Assembly: GCA_040437565.1 (NCBI GenBank)
Contig: JBDOQK010000018.1
Span: forward strand, 496,001-522,577
Length of the DNA: 26,577 nucleotides
Direction of reading: 5' to 3'
DNA from: Albugo candida
Taxonomy: Eukaryota
Part shown: piece by piece, positions 1-13,832 of the stretch
Layout: every line of letters starts with the position of its first letter
Position numbering within the stretch: the stretch's first letter is position 1
The notes under the pieces: generated by a model
What the model was told of the DNA's origin: nothing
Seen by the model: only the letters and a program-made list of their open reading frames with translations
The model's database searches: none
Translations under genes and position numbers: made by a program

Positions 1-3000
1 TTGTGGGATATTTGTATGGGTAGGATTCTGCATGGAATTAGTTTGGCATCTCTTGTTTGTCCATACTCAATTCCAGCAGACGCGTCCGATGACAGCGCGG
101 CGTATGCGAGCACATACCTGAAATCTTGCCAGGCTGTCATCACGGCTCTAGACGCTCGCGTCACAGATCCCATAATACTTGTTGGTGACAGTATGGGTAT
201 CGTCCGAGTCGTATATGCCAGCACTAGAGTTGAAGAAACCGAAAACGGATCAAAGTCGATAGAATTGGAACTGCTACACTCAGTACATTTGTTTCATTCT
301 CTGATCGATCTGATTCAAATTCATCANNNNNNNNNNNNNNNNNNNNNNNNNNNNNNNNNNNNNNNNNNNNNNNNNNNNNNNNNNNNNNNNNNNNNNNNNN
401 NNNNNNNNNNNNNNNNNNNNNNNNNNTCCATACTCAATTCCAGCAGACGCGTCCGATGACAGCGCGGCGTATGCGAGCACATACCTGAAATCTTGCCAGG
501 CTGTCATCACGGCTCTAGACGCTCGCGTCACAGATCCCATAATACTTGTTGGTGACAGTATGGGTATCGTCCGAGTCGTATATGCCAGCACTAGAGTTGA
601 AGAAACCGAAAACGGATCAAAGTCGATAGAATTGGAACTGCTACACTCAGTACATTTGTTTCATTCTCTGATCGATCTGATTCAAATTCATCATACCGAA
701 CCTTTCTCGCTTATAACATCGACTTGTAGTGACATAGTCTATATTTTGTCCCTCGACGATAACAGTGTGTTCGAGATCGTGGCTTTTTGGAAGGTACCTC
801 TCGGATCTTCGAGTCATAACGATAATGATACATGCACAGATGTACATTGGATTCCAACTGATCATCACAATGAATCATCTCTTGCGTTTATATGCCTGAC
901 TATGCAAGGAAGAATACACGAAGTGCATTACGTCCCACAAGAGTCAAATGGTATAAATGCATCGACTTCTCGAACAGTAGAATTCTCCGATTTGCTCATG
1001 CAGCGATGTCCTGCTCAGCTGAAAGAAGAGATGGTCGCTACTAGCCACTCAGCTTCTCAAATTGATGCCACATCAACCAAGAAGAATTGTATTATCTTGC
1101 AGCCGATCAAAATTGCTCCCTTAGGATTTATGCTCTCGATAACACCATACCGGAACGATTTGATGCTATGGCAATATAAAAGTAAAGGTCGAGATGCGAA
1201 TAGAAACGATATCTCCCAGGACGTTCTCCCTGAAATAATTGAAGTCAAACACAAGATCATTGTGAAGGATGCACATGACAATGGGGTAACAGCAATTGCA
1301 TCGTTTCAATCGGCATGTTTCGGAAAAAAACAAGAGATTGTTGCAACTGGCAGCGTGAATGGTATAATTAATCTTTGGACGATATCCGACTTACCTATGG
1401 ACAAAGCGGATAGTGCCTTTCATGCTTCTAAACTCGATGACTTTAGGTTAGTGAAACGAAAAACGATTTCTGCTCACGCTGGTGCAGTNNNNNNNNNNNN
1501 NNNNNNNNNNNNNNNNNNNNNNNNNNNNNNNNNNNNNNNNNNNNNNNNNNNNNNNNNNNNNNNNNNNNNNNNNNNNNNNNNNNNNNNNACGACTTTGAAA
1601 TTCGTCTGCTTAAACAATGGATTACGGCTCATTTCAACTGGCAGTGACGGCGCGGTTTTAATCATACATGCACACATTTCAAATTTTGATGAAAAAAATT
1701 TTGGACGACTCCAGCCTAGCACTACTCGACAGAACCTTGCACGAGATGCTGCTAGCATAAGATCGAGAAAAATCAATAACGATGAAGGCAACGAAATTCA
1801 GGAAAGAGTACCCGTCAAATTTTTCAGCATGGGAAATGAATGTTTCACCAGTCGGTTACACGAAGAACTTGAATGTATCAGGCGAAGTCGAATCGATTCA
1901 GCAAAAGTAGATACACGACTTAGGTTAAGCGTTTTGAAGACAAGATTGGAACAACTGGTGAATGAAAATCGATCATATCCTGAGCAGGAGCAACTTGATA
2001 TTGAAAGCCTTGTCATCAATCTTGAACGAAAAGCTTTAATCTCAGCTCAGAATAGAGATAAATCTCAGCAAATGTTCGAAACCATATCGAATAAGATAAC
2101 TCGCAACAAAATTATCCTGGAGAGAATGAAGAGGGAGTTTTGGGACCCAAACATCGTTCAAGGGAGCTTAATACACTCTCTCTTAGGTCGAAGCACTATA
2201 TCAAGATTACAGACAGAAGGGAATATCGTTCTTCCGAAATTGAGCGAGCCCAGTGAGGTTCAGAATATCCCGGTCCGCAAATTGCCCAAAAAAGACGAAG
2301 AACTAGCTAGGAAAATATATCTTCTTCGTCTCATTGAGCTTGAGAACAGTAAATATGAAGACGAACTAAATCGATCCAAGAAAACACCTGCGGAAGATCA
2401 AATTTCTGCAAGTTGGTTCAATGGAAAGAGAAAAAATGATCCTTTGGTGGAATTCCCTGTTCGTTTCAACAGCATTGTACTGACAACGACACAATGGTTA
2501 ATAAACGGAGGTATTCATCATCCGTTGACAAGCAGATGGGTAAGGGCCAATACTGCTGCCGAAACCAGTTTGGAAACTGCTGTAAAAGATAAAGAAACCA
2601 AGGTCACAGCTCTGACATCTGGAAACTTGACCATGACTGAAGTTGACCCTCTATTTCTGGCTGGTTGTAATGGGTCTACGTATCGACAAGATGTTGCTGC
2701 ATATGAACTTGGGCAAGGAAGGAGAGTATTAAACGTCACTTCGAGCTTTCTTCTTCTATATCATCCAATTACGATGCGAACCACCCGGCAAAATCGTCTT
2801 CAAGTCTACCTACTCCAGCAATACGAACGCTTTCTTTGTAGTGCATACAATGATACATTTGAAATACTTCGAAAAGAAAGCGCTTCTAAAATGGGATTGA
2901 TCCAGCAGAAGATAGAACAACTACACGACATTGCGCAGGAACTCGGAACAACAAGCCATGAATTTGCACTGAGTCCCCACTCAAAAGATGAGATCTTGGC

Positions 3001-5660
3001 TTCAATATTCCACAGGGGACCTGATTTTCATAAACGATCGCAGGCCCTCACTAGCACAGACTTCAATAACACCGGTAGAACAGAAAATCAAATTTCAAAT
3101 CGGGCTTTGATTGAGATGATGGATGGGACTCTAGAAGGGAAGAAAGAAACTGTACTATCACAGAAAAGCATCGAGAAGGAGGCTTGGATGGTAGAAACAC
3201 CTCTAGATGAAATGACACCCGATCAACGTAAGCAAGTGATCGCGGTGGAAGCTTTGCAACAGAAGCTTGTAGAAGAAAAAGACAAATACCGCAAACTTTT
3301 GGATTCGGAGGCTCGCAAAATTCGACTTGAGATTCTTGAAGTTTCAAAAGCTTTCGATGAAAGAATGAGAAGTATGCAAGATCTTCACACCAGCATACAG
3401 AAGCTGGTTCTTATACAGCAGCTATACGCATTGGGACTCGTTTGTGGTATCATGACTCGTGAGGATCTGGTCAAGTCGATTTTAGATTTAAACGAAATGA
3501 TGGCGTGCACTCGTTTAAGTGCTGGAAAAGCGAAAGAACGTGTTGATAAATTTGCGCTGCACATTGATGAATGCCATGAGCACCTTGTACGTGTAACTGA
3601 CCAAGATAAATCTCTGGAACGTTCGTTCAAAAAAGATCTTGAAAACCTCGTTGCAATATCAGAATCATCAGTGTCGTCGGCATCCTCTAGCAATGTACAC
3701 TCCCTTCCGATCGATCATGATCTCTTTAAAGCGCTCATGAAATTATACAAAAAGAGGAAGATAGATAGTACGAGTGAAAGCCGACGAGAGGGAACTCAAC
3801 CAGCTATTCTATTAGATGAAAAGAATAAAGTTAGACAGAAGGAGAAAACTCCGTTGAAACTTTCAAAACCTAGCATCTCAACAAAAACTGCAAACTCTGT
3901 TATACAACGGCGTGATATTACATTTGACTCGGAAAGTGCAAGTATCGAGGCGTTGGATTCACAAGCATTTGGAGAACGATCGAAAAGCGGGCTGAATAAA
4001 GTCGATTCTGTGAGCGTTATCCCACTATGCTATGACATCGATTGTCCAACTGGGCTGAATGTAACTGATCGGGTGTGGAAAGCTCTAAATGAGCTGCGGA
4101 CAAAAAAGATAATCAGCGAAAAGTATGTAAAACAGAGATCCGATCAGTATGCAACCGCCAAGTCGTTCGGAGAGGATCTTCAAAATATTTGGCAAAACGT
4201 CCTGATGGATTGTAATCTGCAAACAAAGTTGCTCGAAAAGCAACATGAATATTTAGTTCAGTTGAACAAGGAATCGCCTGTATTGCTAAATCTGAAACAA
4301 GGCCAAGATGAAACCGGCATTAGCAATTACATTTCGGGGCTCCCTTATGATGACGTATTGATGGAAACCAAAATACACAGTAAAGAATCACAAAGCGCCA
4401 TTATGGTTGATCGGCAGAGCGTCGTAGCGTTCAATGAGGCAATTCGATTNNNNNNNNNNNNNNNNNNNNNNNNNNNNNNNNNNNNNNNNNNNNNNNNNNN
4501 NNNNNNNNNNNNNNNNNNNNNNNNNNNNNNNNNNNNNNNNNNNNNNNNNAGAACGATCGAAAAGCGGGCTGAATAAAGTCGATTCTGTGAGCGTTATCCC
4601 ACTATGCTATGACATCGATTGTCCAACTGGGCTGAATGTAACTGATCGGGTGTGGAAAGCTCTAAATGAGCTGCGGACAAAAAAGATAATCAGCGAAAAG
4701 TATGTAAAACAGAGATCCGATCAGTATGCAACCGCCAAGTCGTTCGGAGAGGATCTTCAAAATATTTGGCAAAACGTCCTGATGGATTGTAATCTGCAAA
4801 CAAAGTTGCTCGAAAAGCAACATGAATATTTAGTTCAGTTGAACAAGGAATCGCCTGTATTGCTAAATCTGAAACAAGGCCAAGATGAAACCGGCATTAG
4901 CAATTACATTTCGGGGCTCCCTTATGATGACGTATTGATGGAAACCAAAATACACAGTAAAGAATCACAAAGCGCCATTATGGTTGATCGGCAGAGCGTC
5001 GTAGCGTTCAATGAGGCAATTCGATTACGTGGAATCGATCAGGTCCAGATTTTGTCCAAGATAAAAAATTTTCGCAAGTCAATTAATCAAATGGAATGGG
5101 AGCATGAATTACTAAAATTTCAAAAACACGATATTGAAGAAAAATACATCGACTTTCAATTGATTCGAGTCACGAAAGAATTGCACGAAGTAATACAGAA
5201 TGGCTCCACGACCACAAAACAAAAGCGTGAAGTTCAGCAATTGGAAGCAAAGTTGAGTCATATTGAGAAACATAAACAGCATGCTCAAACGAAGCAAAAT
5301 AACCAGGATCAAAAGATTCTGTCTCAACTAAAAGATTTAGAAAATGAAAATGCCAAATTTGCTGCTCAAATCGATCAGGCTGAAGTACAAGTACAGATCC
5401 GCCGCAATATTTTGCAAAGCCGGCAACATGTACTCCAGAGTCCTGCAGAAAGCCGACCTTCAGGGAATGAAAACTGTCCAATACTGAATCCGTCTATGCG
5501 AATGAAAGCTATCCAAGTGCGTCGAAAGCTAATCGAGTTGACAAAGTCGCAAACTATGGATATCGACTGCTTACGACAGGAGCTCAATAAAATGCGACAA
5601 AAGACTTTCCCTTCATTTGTAGAACACAAAAAGACCGAATTTCTCCCAGATCACAATTAG
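1..5660 (+). CDS. CFAP43: Cilia- and flagella-associated protein 43 (WDR96)-like, WD40 + long coiled-coil; 5'-partial, split by assembly gaps
   Basis: Joining 1-326 + 694-1488 + 1 nt + 1589-4449 + 5027-5660 gives 4617 nt, one open frame of 1538 aa plus TAG. It has WD40-like repeats (AHDNGVTAI...VATGSVNGIINLW; AHAGAVTTLKF...LISTGSDGAVLI), then coiled-coil with motifs recalled from CFAP43 (RALIEMMDGTLE, LKQGQDE, MEWEH, QLIRVTKEL, C-terminal LNKMRQKTFPSF). Family call is from recall, not a database search. Confidence 0.85.
60..693. repeat. Gap-flanking duplication (assembly artefact): 60-326 = 427-693 around N gap 327-426
   Basis: Direct 267-bp repeat on both sides of a 100-N gap; collapsing it restores the reading frame. 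Confidence 0.95.
3973..5026. repeat. Gap-flanking duplication (assembly artefact): 3973-4449 = 4550-5026
   Basis: Direct 477-bp repeat around N gap 4450-4549; collapsing it fuses ORFs 560-4576 and 4434-5660. Confidence 0.95.
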
Positions 5661-6028
5661 AGGATTCTCTTCTCAGAAAACCTATTTAGAAGTCTTAGTA
5701 GATGACATAGGTCTAAACTCTCCCTCCTGCGTTTCGAGGATTATGGTCGTTATCGCAATTAGAAACATTCAGTCTCAATTTTTGTATAATCATCTCGATA
5801 GCGGAGTTAAGCTGTACGAAACCTTTGTCCCTCATACTGATTCCAAAACCTGCGCCTCTGACTTGTTGAACGACAAAGTAAAATCACCATAAAAGATTAA
5901 GCGATTGAGACGATGTGTTCATATTATGACCGCAATAAAGCAATATAGTAGAAGGTAAATAGAGCAATTCAGTGTCAATGTCAAGGATAAGACGTTCGCA
6001 AGCCTTCTCGAGTTTTTTTCGGTCATTC

Positions 6029-6334
6029 GTACTCTACGAATAATTTGGTTGACTCACATTACTGTGCATGTTTCATGTATGATAAATTTACTGATTGTAG
6101 TATATGCAAAATATTCTCAAAAGCGCGACAANNNNNNNNNNNNNNNNNNNNNNNNNNNNNNNNNNNNNNNNNNNNNNNNNNNNNNNNNNNNNNNNNNNNN
6201 NNNNNNNNNNNNNNNNNNNNNNNNNNNNNNNGTACTCTACGAATAATTTGGTTGACTCACATTACTGTGCATGTTTCATGTATGATAAATTTACTGATTG
6301 TAGTATATGCAAAATATTCTCAAAAGCGCGACAA
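6029..6334. repeat. Gap-flanking duplication (artefact): 6029-6131 = 6232-6334
   Basis: 103-bp direct repeat around N gap 6132-6231. Confidence 0.93.
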
Positions 6335-9300
6335 AATTGCATGATTTTTTAACGGACCGATATTCACTGCCTTTTATCCGTTCTTACACAATCAGCGAGA
6401 TTGCGGGTCAGATTAAGGTGAAAAGCTTCTTTCAAGGGCAAGATTGCTCTGGAAAACAAAAGTTCTGGTTGGGAGGTCTTGTTCAGGGGAAGCCAGAAGT
6501 CGGGCGTAAGTTGTTCCTGATTTCTGACTTCATGCGATGGAGCAATGTAAAATGTCTTCGCTTCGATTTCTTTCGTCTCGCGACCGCATGTTGCCTCATT
6601 CTAAGAGCTTTAACTTGGAGATATCCTGGAGAGATGTTCGAAAAATGCCCTTCATATTCATTTGTCAATTTCGTTCCATCAATCAAAGCGGCATACAAGA
6701 AAATCTATTTGTGTGAGGTGAGTAGTCTACAAGACAAACTAGACTGTCTTATTTGACAGGTAGTGCTATGATTTGTGAATTCTCCCGCCGTAACATTGAA
6801 CAAAAGCAAGTTTTTTCGTTGATGGGCACAAGCTGCTTCCTCCTTCTGTTTTACCTCACCTCTACTTGCTCGTCCTCTTCACCCCAACATCTTGTGTGTA
6901 CAAAGGACGAAAGAACCATGCCCGTGATTAATGTGGAAGCAGCGTGGATGTGTGAAATTACACCTATCTAAGACGCACATCACTCGCAGATACACCAGGA
7001 AGCCCACTCTCAATTCTACTATTTATTTCTGGACAGTGCAAACCTTAGTACATACATATGTAATGAAAGCGCTTGTCGCCTTGGAATATTCGCACAAGCT
7101 TTGTCTATATGGTCTTATCTCTTCTTGCTTGTGCTTCACCCAATGACTCGTGTGTACGAACTACGGTTGAACCTTTTTCGTTAGAAACGTAGTATGGCCG
7201 CGTGATCTTCCCCTCATTTGAGATACACTCAGCTAAAGAGAGTAGAAAGACCAACCCCTGTTCAGGCTTTATTTCATACAGTTAAATCTCAGTACATCAA
7301 TAGGCAAGGNNNNNNNNNNNNNNNNNNNNNNNNNNNNNNNNNNNNNNNNNNNNNNNNNNNNNNNNNNNNNNNNNNNNNNNNNNNNNNNNNNNNNNNNNNN
7401 NNNNNNNNNTCAATAGGCAAGGATAAAAGTGCCTGATACCTTAAATCCTACAAACTGATTCGATATGGTGGTTTATCTCGGCACTATATATGACAAAGGT
7501 AGCTTACTATACCTGTTCGAATAGGGTTGATGATTCACTTCAATGAGATTTTGGTAAAGACAAGCGCGCTTCGATGCTGGCGATGCTGATAATCCTCCAC
7601 TTCTTCCGAAAACGTCGTATGACATGTCAATGCTCTGATCAGTTTTATACTCACTTGACTGGTCACGCATTGGGTTTGAATCTGGCAAGAGATCGTCAGA
7701 CACCAAAATCTCAAGATTGTAACGTCACATCTTCTCGAGTGTATGATGGTAAAATTGGACGTTGTGTATTCATGTAGACGCTCAGGAGATCTGATAAAGG
7801 AAGTGGAGTGGCAAGACCCTCGAGCTCACCGTGAAGAAGACAGCAAAAACTCGAAGCATACCTTTGTTGAAGTCACGATAAAACTTCGCAAGTATTCGGC
7901 GCACAAGAAGTCTAGTGCGATAATAATCAACACCGTTATCTTCGTGTTATCAATTTGATTGCCTGATGACGCATATTCTCGGCGCGCGCTCCTATCAGAA
8001 CGACAGCTTTGCATTACTGTAAAACTGACGGAGTCATTGTCACGTTACTTTTCCAGCATTGATCTTTTCTCAACAAAGCACGAATGATAGAAATAGGTGT
8101 TTTTGGGGCTATCAGCTCCAAGACCTGAACAGCAAAAATTGACAACGAAGCGAACATCAGACGATATCGTGGACTAAAATGAATGGAAGCTCAATGAATC
8201 GCCTACTATCACAGAAACAACGTATCAGATATGGGTAAATAGAATAGGTACGAAGCAAGTCCATGGGCTCCATCGACAGGATAGACGTCAATCGGAAGAT
8301 TCTTCGATTGTGTCCAACGCTGCTGCTTATGTCACGTCGACGCTATTTCATTGATTACATTGGAACATGCAAATCGATTGACTTGCCTGTAAGAGCCGGG
8401 TCTTTACTAGTCATAAGATGGAGTTTATTTCTGCAGTAGAAAAGTTTTTGTAAGAATCCGATAAGAATTTTACGAAGTGATGGAGTGCTATTTAGGTTGG
8501 AAGTATTACTTGGACATCAGCACCCGTCTAATCATTGTTTTTTTCTAGAATTATCGAAACTATCCAGCTTCTGATTCATCTTTACGGCGTAACCGAGGGC
8601 TCGTATTATAAATATACGTCATGTGATGATACGTGAGCACGTCATTATGAATCGATCATCCCATCGAGGTGTAATGCTGATGGTGCACTTCCAAACAGCA
8701 CAGGAAGACCTGTTGAAAGGGTCTTCCAGTAAATAATCATTTTCTTCACGCATTACGCATAGTGCATGGGTATTGGCGATGCAAAAATGTTTCGGTAATG
8801 TCTTGGAGTCATTTTGTCGATAGCAGTTTGACGCACTCTGCATACATGCTGTATAATTATAACTGGACATATAACTCAACACTGCTTAAATACTCCGTAG
8901 ATCGCGTATTTTGGGTTTCAAATATGATTAGGACCTTATTTTCCAAGTAAGAACCCTCCGCACTGCCCTAGCGTCACCTTGACGGCCAAGACACCGGTCA
9001 CATCGTCAATTCAAGCACCGTGATTGGATTCAGGTTTAGCTTAGTGGATCCGAGCATGTTTGCGAAGTGTCTTTGCGATGAAAAAGGTTTACGAGTGCAG
9101 GCTCCGGCTTTCCGTATACAAGATCAGCGCGATATTAATGTGTAAGAACTTCTATATTCACTTTCTCTTCGCCGTGTACGCTTTGATTACCTCGCATTGT
9201 TTCCTGAAGAACACGGTTCGTGTAAATTCCAGTGGTACGTCAGAAAGTGCTTTAGTAAGATACTCATCACAGTCATCTTGATTTGCGCTATGCTGATATC

Positions 9301-11566
9301 CTGTCATAAAGCACCAGAGAACGGCAAAGGCTATGACTTTACAACAATAGGTGGAAGTATGTATCTCAACCAAAATCACGATCTATTGTCCATCACTCAA
9401 AATTCAAGATGGTTGTATCAATGGGATCGCGCACTGATACGTTCCAGCGGACCTTGAAGACTTATAGAAAGCTTGAAGGAAAATTGCACCGACGCGAGAG
9501 TGTCATTCCTTGAACAAAACAAATGCGGGTACTTTGTGCGAAAGTCAAAAAATCCAATTTTATCTCACATAGCCTTGGTCGGTGATCTCACTGCAATAGA
9601 TTTTACTATTCGTATCGGAGCACTTCATACCAACATGACAGATCCTGGGTGCAAACATGATAGGAAGCGTCATGCTAATTCATGACACTGTGATCCTGCG
9701 AATGGTTAGAAGGGTGAGGTAAAAAGGCTCCATGAGCGAAAACGAGGATTTCATTGAGTTGTATTGCGAATGTCAAGTATTGTATACAGGTTTTTCAGCA
9801 TGCAACCCGTATCCATATGATGTCAAGAGAGCCGCGTGAAGGCGTCGTCCATGACAGAAGCGGTTCACGCTCTGGAAGTGTCCAAGAATCGAACACTTTT
9901 TCATCGTGAATACAGCTAGTCTGATTCTTCTCGTTGCTCATATAAACTTAATGTGTCAATATTTAGCAAGAACACATGCCTACACCCAGCTTGCGCAGTT
10001 GTTTAGAAAATTGATATAGATCGACAAACTATTTGTTATGGATAGAGAATCTAACAACGTATTTTTTAGTAAAAGTAGCGATACAAACCCTTGACTTAGA
10101 ACGTGATGAAATATGATACAATATATCGAGTGTGGGACGATCCAATCCATATGATACGACCCAGACCAAATAATATGCTAATGGAGCGATGCCGATTGGT
10201 TCTCATATCACTTCTCAAGATGATATGTCCATCATTCTGACAAATACGGATACTTTATAGAATATTAATCTTAGCGCTGGGGATGAGTTCAAGCTGTTCC
10301 AAATGCTTGGTTGTCATTGCGGATATGTGATTGATGGAACGACACTGACGGGCCCAAGTCTTTTTCTCAACTCAGTTTTTTGTGAGAAAAAGACCAACAA
10401 TCTATAAAAACTTTGGGTTCTGATTGGCTGTGTAAATTGATCGCTTCCTTTGCAATCAAGAGTCAAGGATCTCAAGAACCTTCAAGTCCCTGCAAAACCT
10501 TGGCAACAATCAAAGTTTCGCTCTGCGACATGCAACCTCTCCCGATTCGCTCTAATCACAAAAACGGGTTAGCATTCATCACACAGGGAACCGATCAGTC
10601 GTATTGTACAAATGAAGTCAACACAATCAGAGCGGAAAGATCCAAGCGAGCAAATCGTTTTCGGTTGCATGAGTGGTCCTAAGAAGTATTGATTATGTAG
10701 GTTCTGATCTCGCTCGATTAGGAACACAATTGCTTCTATCCAACTGACAGCATTTGGCATGCGACGTCAAAGTCAAGTGATCCACAGGTTATGCAGTTTG
10801 TTTCCGACTCCAGTTCAGTATTTGAAGACGATACAGGAAATCATCCCACGAAGATAAGATTTAATTCCCAGTGATTGCATTTGGACTTTGAATAAGTGAG
10901 TTCTGGACTCGCATTCCGTGCAGGTCAGCCATCTTCCCGGTGATTGCCAGACCGCAGCTCATCCATTCAAAGCCCAAAAACCATTAATGAAGTCGCCTGA
11001 AACAAGCTTTGTGCTCCCAAGTGGTGAAAAGAGAACGACTAAATGAAGCACTGTCGAAATTGCTCATATCACCGCTTCTGGAAGCACCGGTAATTTCTTG
11101 TACAGTGCTACTTACCTTTGCTGTGTATCCTGGCGTTATTTGTGGTCCAGCAAGCGACAATTTTTCTACGAATGTGTGCGTCGGGCAGATGCTTTTCGGG
11201 AAGTGTGAACGCCGTTTCGCTCAAATGCTTATTGCTGCTGCAACGCAGCATATGATGCTGATTTCGCTGAATGAGACGATGTTCAGAGAAGCAAATGATG
11301 GGATAATGGGTGATTTGGCTATTCTGGTCTTTTCTCAGGGTCATACTGGTCGCTGTTACTCCATTCGGTGGCACGTACTCCTTTGACCATGGTGCAACTG
11401 GAGCGAGGGACAAGAGATGCCATGATAATTCACGCATCAGGCAAAGTGGGAGATGTAGAACTTTATCGACATAACTGGCTGCCTTGAAGAAGCTTGTCAG
11501 ATTTGTGCGTGACTCGCAAGGCATTAGCGCATTATTCGGAGCAGAGATGGATTATCATGGCTTCTT

Positions 11567-12598
11567 CTAATAGCATCTATTACCTTGGTCCGTGGGTTGT
11601 TCAGTTAATGGTCTACATGGCACGTCAATGGATAGAATTATTGCTTTTGGCCCTCTAAATATCCGGGAGAGCATTTTATTTAAAATGACACTGGAACCTT
11701 CGTAACAAACGGGTCGATCACAATGACGGCACTGGTGGCGTCGCACAGTAACTGCAAAGAGTACGTGGCAAGACGCACAATCATTTATTTGTACGTTTGT
11801 GTGTCCCAAGTTGATGGCTTAAGAATGTTGCGAAGCGAAGAAGCTATCATGGTGCCGTTGTTGGTGCATTCTGCCAAATCCAAGAAGTTTCTGTCTCTTT
11901 GTCCAGTAGATCCACACGTGCTCCTGCAGTCACAAGGGCGACAGAAAGTATTTCAGACGCATCAATGATGGGGCTGGTTGAGTAACAAATGAATGCGTTC
12001 ACCACCAAGGACGTGCATGTCGGCTGCAAAAAGATCATCCGTACATAAAGCATCAATGAAGACTGTGGCAGCGAATACAAACGCGGCAATGTAATGTCCT
12101 GTGATTACGTCTTGCACATTCATATCCTTTCGATGCTAAAGAGAATCCTACCCACCAGTAGCATGGGAGATATGGGCGCCATATCTGGCAGTATGTGCCA
12201 CGCTTGAGAATACGGAATTATTCAATTGCTTGTACGAAGTCACAAGGCAGATCTACTACAACGTGAAGCATAATGCGTGTTGCGGATACATATGATATCG
12301 GGAATTGTGGCGAAGCATTCTCGCTTTCATTATTCTATCTCCATGTCGTTCTGCTCAAGAAGCTCGTGTAATTCCAAGTATGATCACAAGCTAGATGTTG
12401 CATGACCTTATGGAGGACATCGCGTGTATAATGCAAATTTGCTGAATACTGAGTACAACACGTCAGAAGGCTTTCGAGTATATGGTAATGCTGCATCAAA
12501 ATTCCAGCAAAAACACAATTTTTCGCGCTACTACAAACGTAAATTGACAGTGGAGTAAAATGAAAAGTATATTGCAAGGTGACAGTGTTTCCTATCAT
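11567..12598 (-). pseudogene. Ankyrin-repeat + FYVE zinc-finger protein, degenerate
   Basis: FYVE-like CASCHVLFAVTVRRHQCRHCDRPVCYEGS (within 11567-11809), preceded in another frame by KPSTW (WxxD position) and ending GNRCY. Upstream ankyrin-like pieces lie in shifting frames: ALVTAGARVDLLDKE/RNFLDLA, DMNVQDVITGHYIAA, RYGAHIS, FTPLSIY...ILESLL..QYSANL. Multiple stops and frameshifts; the 5' boundary is approximate. Confidence 0.65.
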
Positions 12599-13127
12599 GA
12601 ATCATGGTGCTACTTTCATTGGCTTCGATTTCTCCGTCTGTATCCCTTTTACCGATAGGGATTTGATCCCAAAAACTTTATACAACACGAGTATAATGAT
12701 CGCAAGCAGAAGGACTGTCAGGGAAGCAATAGCACAAGTCAACAGGGTGTTGAATACAGGCTTTTCCGTGAGGCCCGTCTTCAAAGCAGGATACAACATA
12801 CGACTCGTAGACATCTCCGCTTCCAGCCTCTTAATCACGTCCAAAGTTTTCAATTTTCCAGGCTCCATTCCGGGTATCTTCGACATGAAGTATTTGGATT
12901 TTTCAAGTTGACACTTATAAAGTTCGTGTATATCAGTGAACCATGTGGACGAACATGCTACAATAGCGCGGCATGCTGCGTCCTTGCAATACACGTGCTT
13001 TCTCCTTTCTGATCGTGCATACCTGTTGTTCTGATACTCCGCAGCCAGCAATTCGTTCTCGTGGTCATCAAATCTCTTCGACAAAATCTTCAGCTGCTTC
13101 TTAGACAGATTATCGAGCCCGTACGAT

Positions 13128-13185
13128 CTACAAGAAACATAGTGGTGAGATCTCATGCAATTTTGTGGTGGTTCCAAGTTCTCAC
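13128..13185 (-). other. Intron 2 (58 bp) of the metallophosphoesterase gene
   Basis: GTGAGA donor, TTTCTTGTAG acceptor; splicing gives HIFSAT-K-SYGLDNLS and joins ORFs 13182-13538 and 12602-13273. Confidence 0.8.
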
Positions 13186-13832
13186 TTTGTAGCACTAAAT
13201 ATGTGTTCCCACTTTCCCTGCTGCATGTTTTCTGTTCCTCTTGTTCCGAAGACATGATAATCCAGAATTTCATATGTTATTTTGTCATATTCCCAGACTG
13301 CAAATGATGGATTACTCCCATACACAGGTGACATGGAACCCACAACATAGAGCGGAACAACTGTTTCTCGCAGCATAAATGCATGCATTTCATACCCATG
13401 CGTGTGTCCAAACATCTGAGCTTTGAAAATACGGGCGAATAGTGTGATGATATAGATATACTTTTCAATATACTTGCGTTTCCATTGATAATCTCCATCA
13501 GTCATATGTAGTATTGGAGGAACGTGGCCGCATATCAAGACATACTTCTTTTCATGTAGTAGCCTGCGCAGCGTTTTTTTTTAACCATTTGAATTGTCCA
13601 AGAGGATCGTTGAGATCGCCACTTATATGCGCGCCCGAGTGCGTCGGAATGTAGGGGCTTGTGTTCAACGTGATCACCGTCAATTTTTCATCGATGTGCC
13701 TGATCGAGTATCCACCCTTTACGAATTCTTTCATTCCATGTGATGAGAATGCCTGTTTAAAACCTGGAGATACTGCGACTAGCGTTGGATTGTCTTCTTT
13801 TCCATCAGTGAGATCCATCCAGTAGTTTGGTG

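Noticed and set aside
647..5629. Minus-strand ORFs within the large gene
   Set aside because: Antisense shadows of a long coding frame with no recognisable motifs.
7574..7777. YDGKIG resembling the FDGKIG motif of oomycete mariner-like transposases
   Set aside because: The flanking motifs (MFL..VARPR upstream, WPF downstream) are absent.
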